DNA from: Fastidiosibacter lacustris | Lineage (GTDB): Bacteria > Pseudomonadota > Gammaproteobacteria > Francisellales > Francisellaceae | DNA length: 32,000 nt | Assembly (NCBI RefSeq): GCF_003428155.1 | Contig: NZ_QLIR01000001.1 | Coordinates: forward strand, 1-32,000 | Direction: 5' to 3' | Part shown: piece by piece, positions 1 through 8,663 of the stretch | Position numbering within the stretch: position 1 is the first letter of the stretch | Layout: each line of letters starts with the position of its first letter | Notes under the pieces: model-generated | The model's input: only the letters and a program-made list of their open reading frames with translations | What the model was told of the DNA's origin: nothing | Databases searched by the model: none | Position numbers and translations under genes: made by a program

Positions 1-67
1 GCTTTTTTACACCTGTTAAACGACGAAACTCATCTGCTGCTAACTTGTTTATCGTTTCCCATCTCAT
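1..67 (-). CDS. IS5-family transposase, first 22 codons only (gene runs off the left edge)
   Basis: The minus-strand ATG at 67 reads MRWETINKLAADEFRRLTGVKK. The pattern L..(D/E)EF(R/K)RLTGV(K/R) is the N-terminal HTH I recall from IS5-family (IS1031-group, ISWpi1-like) transposases. The piece is too short for a firm call. Confidence 0.4.
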   Translation of the reverse strand, partial: MRWETINKLAADEFRRLTGVKK

Positions 68-313
68 TGATCATATCCACCTTTAATTTTTAAATAGCTA
101 TTTTGCTAGATTAAATACGGTTTGGAAGGAACTCTAATTTTCTTCAAGAAAAAACTGGTATTCAAATAGTCAGTAAGGTACAAGCCACCTCAGGTTTGAT
201 GGTTCATATTTTTGGGCGAATAGCTGCTGCATTTAGGTTGTTATATGAAAAATTCAATCTCACTGCTTAAAGGGGAACCCTTGATTCGCATTTTACACAT
301 TACATTAAGTGCA

Positions 314-1198
314 TTAAGATAGTGAGGCTTCTTCTGTGTATAGTTTGTGGTGAGTTGCCTGAAAAAGAAAATCAGTGCAAAGCTCATTTTTCAGCCAGAC
401 TTGTCCACCTATATCAAGCAAATGCATAACTTTATTTTCTATTTCCTGATAATAATTAATAATTTGTCTTTTTTCTTCTTCGGTCAAAAGTTCTGTAGCA
501 ATAAGCTTTTTACAATATGGCATAAGGGTTAGCGTTTCAAAACAATAAAATGGTTCAGATGTAAAATTCTGTTCCTTTTTTTCATGCTTTACCTCAGCGA
601 CTAAGCAAAGATTCTCGATACGAATCCCATATTCACCCTCTATGTATAGTCCAGGCTCATTGCTGACAATCATTCCTGGTTGTAAAGGAACACCTGAGGG
701 GGCTTTTGAAATTTTTTGCGGTCCTTCATGTACGCATAATGAACTACCAACTCCATGACCTGTACCATGTTGGTAGTCTAATCCTTCTTCCCATAAATAC
801 ATTCTGGCAAAGGCATCTAAGTGCTCTCCACAGGTTCCTTTTGGAAATTTAGCACGACCAAGTGCGAGATGACCTTTTAATACCAAAGTATAATGTTGCT
901 TTTGCCTTGCCGTTGGTTTCCCTAAGTGAATTGTGCGCGTAACATCAGTTGTGCTTTCTAAATATTGAGTTCCAGAGTCAAATAAGTAAAGGCTGGAATC
1001 CGCAATTGTTTTATTGGTTTCCGGGGTAGGATCATAATGAATAACAGCACCATTGCTGCCAAAAGCACTTTTTGTTTCAAAGCTAAGATCAAGTGCATTT
1101 GGCATTTGCAAACGCAAGTTTTTTAATTTATCCGCGGCTTCTATTTCTGTTATCCCCTGCCGCCAATTTTCTGTAAGCCAATGCATAAAATTAATCAA
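314..1198 (-). pseudogene. Xaa-Pro aminopeptidase (M24B, aminopeptidase P family), C-terminal catalytic half only; 5'-truncated
   Basis: The 294-aa ORF carries M24 hallmarks: HGTGHGVGSSLCVHEGP, SNEPGLY, IRIEN, and the C-terminal FCFETLTLMPY...LLTEEEK tail typical of the roughly 600-aa three-domain enzymes. The roughly 300 N-terminal residues have no coding space upstream, because 1199-1760 holds unrelated fragments. Confidence 0.6.
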
Positions 1199-1475
1199 AG
1201 CAACAGATACTTAAAATTATCGATATAAACGTCGCTACGCTCAAAATAAAACCCGTGGCAAGAATTGATAGTTCAAACTTCTGATAAAAAATAACTGCCA
1301 TAAATGGCCACAACATAAAATAAACTGTCCATATTATGACACCACCAAATAAGACTATATGAATTACGCTAGGCATTTTCCTTAAAATAAAAAACATGTA
1401 ATCCTCTCTTTCCAGTCAAAATTTGAAGTTTAAATTTATCAACCTGATTATTGCTATTTTGCAAACTCTAAAAAT

Positions 1476-1751
1476 TCAGTAAGAGGTATAATTTGTGATC
1501 AAGCCTGAAGTTAGTTTACATGCGGTTTTGCGTTTAAAATCCATGTTAAAAAAATCAGTTAATCCTTCATAGGCTCTCTGTATGATTTTTTTGTCAATGC
1601 CATGCCCAGTAATCACAAAAAAACCTATCTCTTTGCATGCTTTATCAATTTCTATAACGGCATTATTAATTGCTTGCTGTGAGCCTAACCGTACTTCTGA
1701 CAATTCAATAACAGGAATTTTATTCATCTTCAAGTCATCCTTTGTTTGCAA
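1476..1751 (-). pseudogene. 2OG-Fe(II) oxygenase (isopenicillin-N-synthase-like), N-terminal fragment of about 90 aa
   Basis: IPVIELSEV....AINNAVIEIDKACKEIGFFVITGHGIDKKII matches the DIOX_N-type N-terminal region. The catalytic H-x-D...H jelly-roll is absent and the ORF stops after 91 codons. Confidence 0.5.
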
Positions 1752-1989
1752 TTCATAAAACTTTGATGCGGAAGACTTATCATTTCCCCCTCGACCTCAA
1801 TCACATTCTAAACGTCACTGAAAGCTGATTGCAATACTTTTCTTACAAAATTTTACATATTTTGTATCTAATCTATGGAGTAATTAAAACTCAAGCAATT
1901 TTTGCAATTTTTCTTTATGGTAATAGTCGGTGTCTTGAATATAATGCTAACCTCCACAAGATTATAATATATAACCCCAAGGAAATTAC

Positions 1990-2377
1990 ATGAAACGCAC
2001 ATTATTAAAATCTAAAATTCATATGGCAACGGTGACTGAAGCTAACTTACGTTATTATGGTGCTCAATTAGTATCGATAGAGAGTTGTGCAAACAGGCTA
2101 ACCTAATTCCATTTGAACGCGTAGAGATTTATAACTGTAACAATGGTGCACGTTTTGCGACCTATGTTATTCTTGGTGACAAAGGGGAAATTTGTCTAAA
2201 TGGTGCAGCAGCACGTCATGTTGCCAAGGGGGATACAGTTATCATTGCCTCATATGCCCCGAATACGAAGAACAAGAATTAATACATCATAATCCTTATC
2301 TGGTCTTTGTTAATAAGCAAAATGCGTTAATTGAGATTAAGAGATATTTAGACTCATCGATTAATCATCCTTTCTGA
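1990..2377 (+). pseudogene. panD: aspartate 1-decarboxylase (panD) disrupted by two frameshifts
   Basis: Three frames together read [24 protein letters not shown] / [65 protein letters not shown] / [22 protein letters not shown]. The frame changes at 2062-2063 (an extra gc) and again in the C4 run at 2257-2260. Confidence 0.8.
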
Positions 2378-2528
2378 CATTAAACGTCAACTATAATCAG
2401 ACCCAGTGCTTGATTTAAAGCTTGATTTTGTTTTTCACTTTTTCATCTTTTGTTCCTAGATTATAAGTTTTAGCCAGCATGACCTATGAACGAATTTACA
2501 CAGTTATTTTATCCCTTCCCCAGGGTTG

Positions 2529-2804
2529 TCACTTATTTAACAATGCTTCAAGTTGCTGAATTTTTTCTCTTAATTGTAAGATAATTGAAATACCCGAGGC
2601 ATTTACACCTAGGTCATAAGCAAGACGCATAGCAGACTTTGCTCGCACAATATCCGATGCTGCAATGTAATAAATATCTTGCTTATGCTCAGCATAAATC
2701 ACTTCATGCTCAATCCACTCCACAATAATCGCTTGTGGAACACATAGCAATTTTGACAGTTCAACAACAGTAATATATTGGCTTTCTGATATGATTTCAC
2801 TCAT
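2529..2804 (-). CDS. cbpM: chaperone modulator CbpM (MerR-like)
   Basis: A 91-aa ORF lies 4 nt downstream of cbpA on the same strand. It is MerR-HTH-like (ITVVELSKLLCVPQAIIVEWIEHEVI) and keeps the conserved cbpA-cbpM operon layout. Confidence 0.75.
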   Translation of the reverse strand: MSEIISESQYITVVELSKLLCVPQAIIVEWIEHEVIYAEHKQDIYYIAASDIVRAKSAMRLAYDLGVNASGISIILQLREKIQQLEALLNK

Positions 2805-2808
2805 TACG

Positions 2809-3741
2809 TTATACTCCTAGCAGATCTTTACGTGGGTTAAATGCCATCTCCTTCTTCATTTTTTCATAGAAAGCTTTTTGAGTTTCAGAAACAGCTGGTG
2901 GCAAAATTACTTCCAACACTACATAATAATCACCATTTATTAATCCCTTCCCTTTTAATCGCATCTTTTTACCACTTTGAGTATGTGCTGGGACTGTCAA
3001 TTTCATTTTGCCATGTGGCGTTGAAATGGTAATATCCGCACCCAAAGCAGCTTCCCACGGTGCAATTGGAATATGACTGTAAATATCGTTACCAACAACC
3101 TTATATTGCTGATCTGAACGCACAATAATCTCTATGTATAAATCACCGTTATGTCCTTTACCAATCCCTGCTTCTCCTTGACCTTTTAAGCGAATTTGCT
3201 GATGGTTTCCCACATATTTAGGAATTTTAACTTTAAGTTTTTTACTTTTTTGAACGACGCTTCCACGCTCATCTAAAGCCTGGTAAACAAAATGAAGTTC
3301 ACGTTCAACACCGACTAACGCATCTTGGATAGAAATCTCAACCTTAGTGTGTAGATCTTGCCCATCGATATCAAATCCTGTATTTTGATGGCGATGTGAG
3401 CGTTGCTGGCGGAAAAATTCACCAAATATATCTTCATAACTGCCAAAACCTTCCGAACCATGAGAGTAATGGCGATAAGCACCATCATGTGCATATTGAT
3501 TATCAAATTCACCTTTTTCTGCATGCTGCCAATTGCCATCATATTCATCATATAGCTTACGTTTTTTGCTGTCCTTTAACACTTCGTATGCATCTTGAAC
3601 TTCTTTAAACTTTTCTTCAGCATTGGTTTCAGTACTAACGTCTGGGTGATACTTTTTAGCCAACCTTCGATAGGCTTTTTTGATTTCAGCATCACTGGCA
3701 TTTTTATCAATACCTAAGATACTATAATAATTTTTTTCCAT
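2809..3741 (-). CDS. cbpA: curved-DNA-binding protein CbpA (DnaJ-like co-chaperone)
   Basis: It has an N-terminal J domain ([30 protein letters not shown]) and DnaJ C-terminal domains but no Cys-rich zinc finger. At 310 aa it has typical CbpA length. Confidence 0.85.
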   Translation of the reverse strand: MEKNYYSILGIDKNASDAEIKKAYRRLAKKYHPDVSTETNAEEKFKEVQDAYEVLKDSKKRKLYDEYDGNWQHAEKGEFDNQYAHDGAYRHYSHGSEGFGSYEDIFGEFFRQQRSHRHQNTGFDIDGQDLHTKVEISIQDALVGVERELHFVYQALDERGSVVQKSKKLKVKIPKYVGNHQQIRLKGQGEAGIGKGHNGDLYIEIIVRSDQQYKVVGNDIYSHIPIAPWEAALGADITISTPHGKMKLTVPAHTQSGKKMRLKGKGLINGDYYVVLEVILPPAVSETQKAFYEKMKKEMAFNPRKDLLGV

Positions 3742-3823
3742 TTATTGTCCTTAATTCTAAATAGCAAGTCTCACACTTTTGACTGTGATAATGACGAATA
3801 ACTCCACCTTGATCTTAAGTAAT

Positions 3824-4291
3824 CTAATTTAGTCCTCTAAGGTACTCTAATACTTCCTCAACATGTCCTAGGACTGAAACCTTACGCCATTCTTTTATTA
3901 ATTTGACTTCGGGATTGATAATAAAAGTACTACGTTCAATGCCCATATATTTTTTGCCAAACATGCTTTTTTCTTTAAGCACCTCAAAGGCATTACATAA
4001 TATCATGTCTGTATCTGCTATTAATTCAAATGGCATATGATGCTTTGCCTTGAATTTTTCATGTGAGTTCAAAGTATCTTTTGAAACACCAAATATCACA
4101 GCATTGGCTTTAGCAAAATCTTCGCTGTGATTCTTAAATCCAACGCTTTCGATTGTGCAACCTGGGGTGCTGTCTTTAGGGTAAAAGTATAGTATGACAT
4201 ACTTGCCTTTGTAGTCATTTAACTTAAATGTTTTACCAGATGTTGTTGCTACTTGAGGTAACGTTACTTTATTGCCAACTTGAAAAGTCAT
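3824..4291 (-). CDS. bcp: thioredoxin-dependent peroxiredoxin Bcp
   Basis: A 155-aa ORF with the peroxidatic motif YFYPKDSTPGCT and an AhpC/TSA fold pattern. Confidence 0.85.
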   Translation of the reverse strand: MTFQVGNKVTLPQVATTSGKTFKLNDYKGKYVILYFYPKDSTPGCTIESVGFKNHSEDFAKANAVIFGVSKDTLNSHEKFKAKHHMPFELIADTDMILCNAFEVLKEKSMFGKKYMGIERSTFIINPEVKLIKEWRKVSVLGHVEEVLEYLRGLN

Positions 4292-4372
4292 TGTCTATAC
4301 TCCTTAACTTCGATTATTATATACTTCTTATTAAATATGCTTACTTTAACAAAACCTAATAAGAGATAAAGC

Positions 4373-4909
4373 ATGTCACAACAAAAAACCAATCACTTAA
4401 ATCCGATTAAATCAGCTAAAGAGAACCTTGTAATCGACAAAACCTTTGTTTTTTCAAACTTAGATACACTTCATGATTGCGTCATAAAGGGTGAATATAG
4501 CTTTCACTTTAGTGGCAACTTTAGCTGTCAGCATGAAAAAACGTTGTTAGATGGGAAAGTCACAGGTAACGTTGAGCTTATCTGTCAGCGCACACTTGAG
4601 CCATTTACCTTCAATATAGAAAGTGACATTAAACTTGGTTTTGTTACTGATGATCGCTTCTTTAAAAACTTTCCTGATGACTACGAACCCTATATCTATA
4701 AAGATAACCAAATTGATTTAACTCATCTGATCGAAGAGGAAGTTCTGTTGTGTATTCCAATGATTCCAAAAAAAGAACGAAATGATTGTCAAGTTGAACA
4801 AAATACGCCATACTGTGGCGTTCTTGAAACTGGTGATACTGAAAAGCAGGACAAACACAACCCGTTTGCTGCTTTAAAAGAGCTAAAGTTTAATAAAAAA
4901 TTAAAGTAG
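4373..4909 (+). CDS. yceD: YceD/DUF177 large-subunit ribosome-associated protein
   Basis: A 178-aa acidic ORF lies immediately upstream of rpmF. This is the conserved yceD-rpmF-plsX-fabH arrangement. Confidence 0.8.
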   Translation: MSQQKTNHLNPIKSAKENLVIDKTFVFSNLDTLHDCVIKGEYSFHFSGNFSCQHEKTLLDGKVTGNVELICQRTLEPFTFNIESDIKLGFVTDDRFFKNFPDDYEPYIYKDNQIDLTHLIEEEVLLCIPMIPKKERNDCQVEQNTPYCGVLETGDTEKQDKHNPFAALKELKFNKKLK

Positions 4910-4934
4910 AAAGTAGTGTAATAGGAGAATAATA

Positions 4935-5120
4935 ATGGCTGTACAGCAAACCAGAAAAAGTCGCTCAAAAAGAGATATGCGTCGCTCTCATGATGCATTA
5001 ACTGCTGCTGCGCTTTCAACTGATAAAACTTCGGGTGAAGTTCACTTGCGTCATCACGTAAGTGCAAACGGTTACTATAAAGGAAAGAAAGTAGTTGCCG
5101 TTGCATCTGATGATGAATAG
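4935..5120 (+). CDS. rpmF: 50S ribosomal protein L32
   Basis: [22 protein letters not shown] is the canonical L32 N-terminus. An RBS (aggagaa) lies upstream. Confidence 0.95.
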   Translation: MAVQQTRKSRSKRDMRRSHDALTAAALSTDKTSGEVHLRHHVSANGYYKGKKVVAVASDDE

Positions 5121-5157
5121 AATGAGTGCACGATAAGGCAATTATTCTAAATATACT

Positions 5158-6210
5158 GTGAGCACCGCAATTTCATATAAAATTTCTGTTGATGCTATGG
5201 GTGGTGACCATGGCTTAAAAACCACCATACCTGCGTGCATATCTGCATTGAACAAATATTCCAATCTGCATATTTCTATAGTTGGGATCTCTGACCAAAT
5301 TGAGCAAGCACTAAGTGCATCTAAAAACCGCTATGATGCTAGTCGCTTAACGGTTGTTCATGCTAGTGAAATCGTTGAAATGGATGAATCCCCTGCTTTA
5401 GTATTACGTAATAAAAAGGATTCTTCGATGCGAGTAGCCATTAACCTTGTCAAAAATCATGATGTCGATGCTTGTGTCAGTGCTGGTAATACAGGGGCAT
5501 TAATGGCAACTTCTAAATTTGTATTAAAAACACTAAACGACATTGATCGCCCCGCCATCGTTTATGCTATTCCATCCTTAGATCGAAAAACTAAGAAAAT
5601 GGATCCAGCATACATGCTTGATTTGGGGGCAAATGTGAATTGTTCCTCTGAACAACTGTTTCAATTTGGCATTATGGGCTCGGTACTTGCTGCCAATTTA
5701 AAAGGCAAAGAACGACCTCGCGTTGCTTTGCTAAATATTGGTGAAGAAGAAATGAAAGGTTTAGATAGCATTAAGCAAGCTGCTAAAATGCTCCAAAATT
5801 GTGATCACATTAATTATATCGGTTATGTTGAAGGCAACGATATTTTTTCAGCAAAGGCAGATGTTATTGTATGTGATGGTTTTGCTGGTAATATCGCCTT
5901 AAAAACTATGGAGGGCACTGCTAGAATCATAGCCGACATGCTAAAAGACAGCTTCACTAGCAGTATATTTTCTAAGCTTGCGATGCTTATTAGTGCATCG
6001 GTGCTTAAAAGCCTAAAAAGCAAACTTGATACAAATCAATATAACGGTGCATCTTTATTAGGGTTACGTGGGATTGTGATCAAAAGTCACGGGGGTGCTT
6101 CTGCAGAAGCCTTTGAAACTGCAATCTATGAAGCGATTAAAGAAATCAAATTTAATATTCCACAAAAAACACAGTCGCACATTGAGCGAATAATGCAATC
6201 AGAAGGTTAA
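5158..6210 (+). CDS. plsX: phosphate acyltransferase PlsX
   Basis: It carries ISVDAMGGDHG and GNTGALM motifs and is 350 aa long. The GTG start is taken from the ORF track, and the exact start is uncertain. Confidence 0.9.
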   Translation: MSTAISYKISVDAMGGDHGLKTTIPACISALNKYSNLHISIVGISDQIEQALSASKNRYDASRLTVVHASEIVEMDESPALVLRNKKDSSMRVAINLVKNHDVDACVSAGNTGALMATSKFVLKTLNDIDRPAIVYAIPSLDRKTKKMDPAYMLDLGANVNCSSEQLFQFGIMGSVLAANLKGKERPRVALLNIGEEEMKGLDSIKQAAKMLQNCDHINYIGYVEGNDIFSAKADVIVCDGFAGNIALKTMEGTARIIADMLKDSFTSSIFSKLAMLISASVLKSLKSKLDTNQYNGASLLGLRGIVIKSHGGASAEAFETAIYEAIKEIKFNIPQKTQSHIERIMQSEG

Positions 6211-6215
6211 AGGAT

Positions 6216-7181
6216 ATGTTTGCAAAAATCATTGGCACAGGCAGTTATCTACCACAAATGATCTTGCGCAACGGTGAGATTGCCAAAATGGTCGATACAT
6301 CAGATGAGTGGATTAGACAACGTGTTGGTATTAAAGAACGTCATATTGCTGATGAAACAGAAACCACATCCTTTATGGCAATTGAAGCTGCACGGCATGC
6401 ATTGACAAGTGCTCACTTAACAGCAAACGACATTGATCTCATTATCGTTGCAACAGGTACAGCCGACTACATTATGCCTTCAACTGCCAGTATTGTTCAA
6501 ATGAAACTTCATACCCCTAACTGTCCTGCTTTTGATATTTCTGCTGCCTGTAGTGGTTTTGTTTATGCGGTAGATATCGCCAAACAATATATTGAAAATG
6601 GAAGCAGCAAAAATGCACTTGTGATTGCATCAGAGCGTATGTCACGCACTTTAAACTGGCAGGATCGCTCTACATGTGTGTTGTTTGGTGATGGTGCAGG
6701 CGCAATTGTGCTTACACAAAGCAAAACACCTGGAATTATTGCATCGGTGCTTCATACCGATGGTCAAGGCAAAGATATTTTAAACATTCCTGGTCTTCTT
6801 CCTAAAAATGCTTTTGATGGCGTAAAACTTGAACAAAAACTCTATATGGAAGGTAACAAGGTTTTTAAAAAAGCGGTATCTGCATTAAGCGAACTGGTAA
6901 ATGAGCTGCTACATGAGGCCAAATTAAGTTCCCATGAAATCGACTGGTTGGTACCGCACCAAGCAAACTATCGTATCCTTGAAGCAACAGCAAAAAAACT
7001 TAACATGCCTATGTCTCAAGTCGTGCTTACCCTGCAAAACCATGGCAATACATCCGCAGCCTCCATTCCGTTAGCGCTTGATTATGCAATACGTAATAAC
7101 ACGATTAAACCAGGGCAAACCATTCTCACGGAAGCTTTTGGAGCAGGTTTAGTATGGGGAGGTTTTATAGCAAAATTATAA
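6216..7181 (+). CDS. fabH: 3-oxoacyl-ACP synthase III (FabH)
   Basis: Catalytic Cys (DISAACSGFVYA), His (VPHQANYRI) and Asn (HGNTSAASIP) contexts are present. Length is 321 aa. Confidence 0.95.
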   Translation: MFAKIIGTGSYLPQMILRNGEIAKMVDTSDEWIRQRVGIKERHIADETETTSFMAIEAARHALTSAHLTANDIDLIIVATGTADYIMPSTASIVQMKLHTPNCPAFDISAACSGFVYAVDIAKQYIENGSSKNALVIASERMSRTLNWQDRSTCVLFGDGAGAIVLTQSKTPGIIASVLHTDGQGKDILNIPGLLPKNAFDGVKLEQKLYMEGNKVFKKAVSALSELVNELLHEAKLSSHEIDWLVPHQANYRILEATAKKLNMPMSQVVLTLQNHGNTSAASIPLALDYAIRNNTIKPGQTILTEAFGAGLVWGGFIAKL

Positions 7182-7431
7182 ATCTTCCCTCAACGACTTT
7201 CTTTACAAGAAGACATTGAAAAAGATCTTGCTATGGTTTAGCTTTTAGAACGTTTCAGCGTAATTATCGCAATGTTTTTAGCAGTAGGATTGTTGGCTTG
7301 CTTAAGTGATGAATTATCAAAACATCTTTCTGTTAACACATATCATTCCTCCACCGAAATTTTTATCTACACGTACTACACTTCAGGGTCATAAAAGTAA
7401 TTACTTTGTGTGCTACTTAATCAAAACCTAC

Positions 7432-7460
7432 TTGCCTTTGTATCTTATCAGCTTTACAAT
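7432..7460 (+). promoter_or_regulatory. putative sigma70 promoter of ssrA
   Basis: TTGCCT (7432-7437), a 17-nt spacer, then TACAAT (7455-7460), ending 12 nt upstream of the mature tmRNA 5' end. Confidence 0.45.
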
Positions 7461-7472
7461 GACAGTGTCACT

Positions 7473-7882
7473 GGGGGCGAATATGGCTTCGACGGGAATG
7501 TCAAGGTCTTACGGTGCATGCCGAGGGTGTATCTGCCTCGTAAAACACGTTATATCGTCAGAATAACTGGCAACAATAAAAAAGCTCGCGTTGTGGCTAA
7601 CGACAGCATTTTCGCTGTTCGTAAAGCTGCTTAATCTAGTTTAAAACCCTAGATACGCACGAACCGATAGTATTTGCTTGTGGATCTATCTTACGTTCGT
7701 TCATATTGACATAAGCTAGCTAAAGTGTCCGTCTGAACACTGATGTTAAATTCTAAGACTCGCTGGTTTCATACCCTGATTTATCGGGTAGACTCAAGTT
7801 AAACATAATAGATAAATCTAAGCATGTAGATCTGAAGATTGCGAGTTTACGGACGCGGGTTCAACTCCCGCCGCCTCCACCA
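7473..7882 (+). ncRNA. ssrA: tmRNA (SsrA), one-piece, 410 nt
   Basis: The 5' GGGGGCG (7473-7479) pairs with CGCCTCC (7872-7878), including the G3:U alanine identity pair, and is followed by ACCA (7879-7882). The T-arm is GGACGCGGGTTCAACTCCCGCC. The internal tag frame 7569-7634 encodes GNNKKARVVANDSIFAVRKAA plus a stop. Confidence 0.95.
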
Positions 7883-7892
7883 TTTTGAAAAA

Positions 7893-7943
7893 GAAAACCC
7901 GTCAATCCAGAGACATTCTCTGAGTAGGCGGGTTTTCTTTTTT
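7893..7943 (+). terminator. Rho-independent terminator of ssrA
   Basis: A 9-bp outer stem, GAAAACCCG (7893-7901) with CGGGTTTTC (7929-7937), encloses an inner CAGAGA-cat-TCTCTG hairpin. A T6 run follows at 7938-7943. Confidence 0.6.
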
Positions 7944-8270
7944 CCCTTGTTTCTAAATGGTTTGCGCCCGTTTCACATCTTTCCAAATCACCTCTCCGCA
8001 CCATCTATTCTCCCCATCTTCCAGCCTTTCTTTCTCTGTTTGACCACTGATTCTCTGTTTTCTTCGGACCAAGTCTGAAATACGTCACTTACAACGGTAG
8101 CATATACAATACCATCGATCTGTTTCGTTGCCTCGGACCAACTACTGCGCTAAGCCTCATAATTCGCCTTAATCGACTTTGCCATGCCCATACTTACGCA
8201 AAAAGAGTTGCCAGTGGTCAGTGGTTACGCCCGTGAGCATGCTTTTGCGGCCTTATCCGGACGAAAGCGT

Positions 8271-8299
8271 TTGACAATCGGCCCCTGCCTAAATATATT
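8271..8299 (+). promoter_or_regulatory. near-consensus sigma70 promoter upstream of the island operon
   Basis: TTGACA (8271-8276), a 17-nt spacer, then TATATT (8294-8299), about 95 nt upstream of the HTH gene start at 8394. Confidence 0.45.
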
Positions 8300-8393
8300 A
8301 AAGGGCATTTTAACTTGGGGAAGCTCCGCCCAGCATCCCCATTATCACCTCTGGCGTGGCAAGAAAACCAATCGCCCTTGAGGAGTCGGAGAT

Positions 8394-8609
8394 ATGACCG
8401 AGATAGAAGACCGCTGGTTATCAGTAGACGAGATAGGCAAGTACCTCGGTGTCAGCAGTGACACCGTTTACCGCTGGATCGACAAGCATGCGATGCCCGC
8501 CCATCGCATGGGTCGTCTTTGGAAGTTCAAAAAGGATCAGGTCGATGCCTGGGTCGAGGCTGGTGGCGCCAGTTCCACGCAAGACAAGTTGGAAGATAAA
8601 AACAATTAA
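8394..8609 (+). CDS. excisionase-family / MerR-superfamily helix-turn-helix DNA-binding protein
   Basis: The 71-aa ORF reads WLSVDEIGKYLGVSSDTVYRWIDKHAMPAHRMGRLWKFKKDQVDAW, the classic HTH_17/excisionase-type motif often found in front of hsdM. RBS: GGAGTCGGAG. Confidence 0.7.
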   Translation: MTEIEDRWLSVDEIGKYLGVSSDTVYRWIDKHAMPAHRMGRLWKFKKDQVDAWVEAGGASSTQDKLEDKNN

Positions 8610-8663
8610 CCAACCTGCCTGGGCCAAGCGTAGCACGGCAGGCAGGCTCGGTGAGGATTTATA

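Noticed and set aside
1191-1397. 68-codon hydrophobic ORF as a genuine small membrane protein gene
   Set aside because: It overlaps the truncated aminopeptidase start, has no recognisable RBS or family signature, and sits among other gene fragments. It is probably a relic of a transporter gene. It is mentioned under findings but not listed as a feature.
7306-8078. ORF-track entries 7306-7566, 7410-7634 and 7839-8078 (+)
   Set aside because: They overlap the tmRNA gene and its terminator. The 7410-7634 frame merely contains the tmRNA tag frame. None has an RBS or a protein-like sequence.
8184-8381. 65-codon ORF upstream of the HTH gene
   Set aside because: It has no RBS and an odd composition, and it contains the near-consensus promoter (8271-8299). 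It is more likely promoter/leader DNA than coding.
7944-8393. Searched both strands of the island's left non-coding arm for an integrase or recombinase remnant
   Set aside because: Six-frame reading by eye gave only short frames without R..H-x-x-R..Y-type or other recombinase motifs. A 10-nt direct repeat TTCTCTGTTT (8032-8041 and 8051-8060) is too short to interpret.
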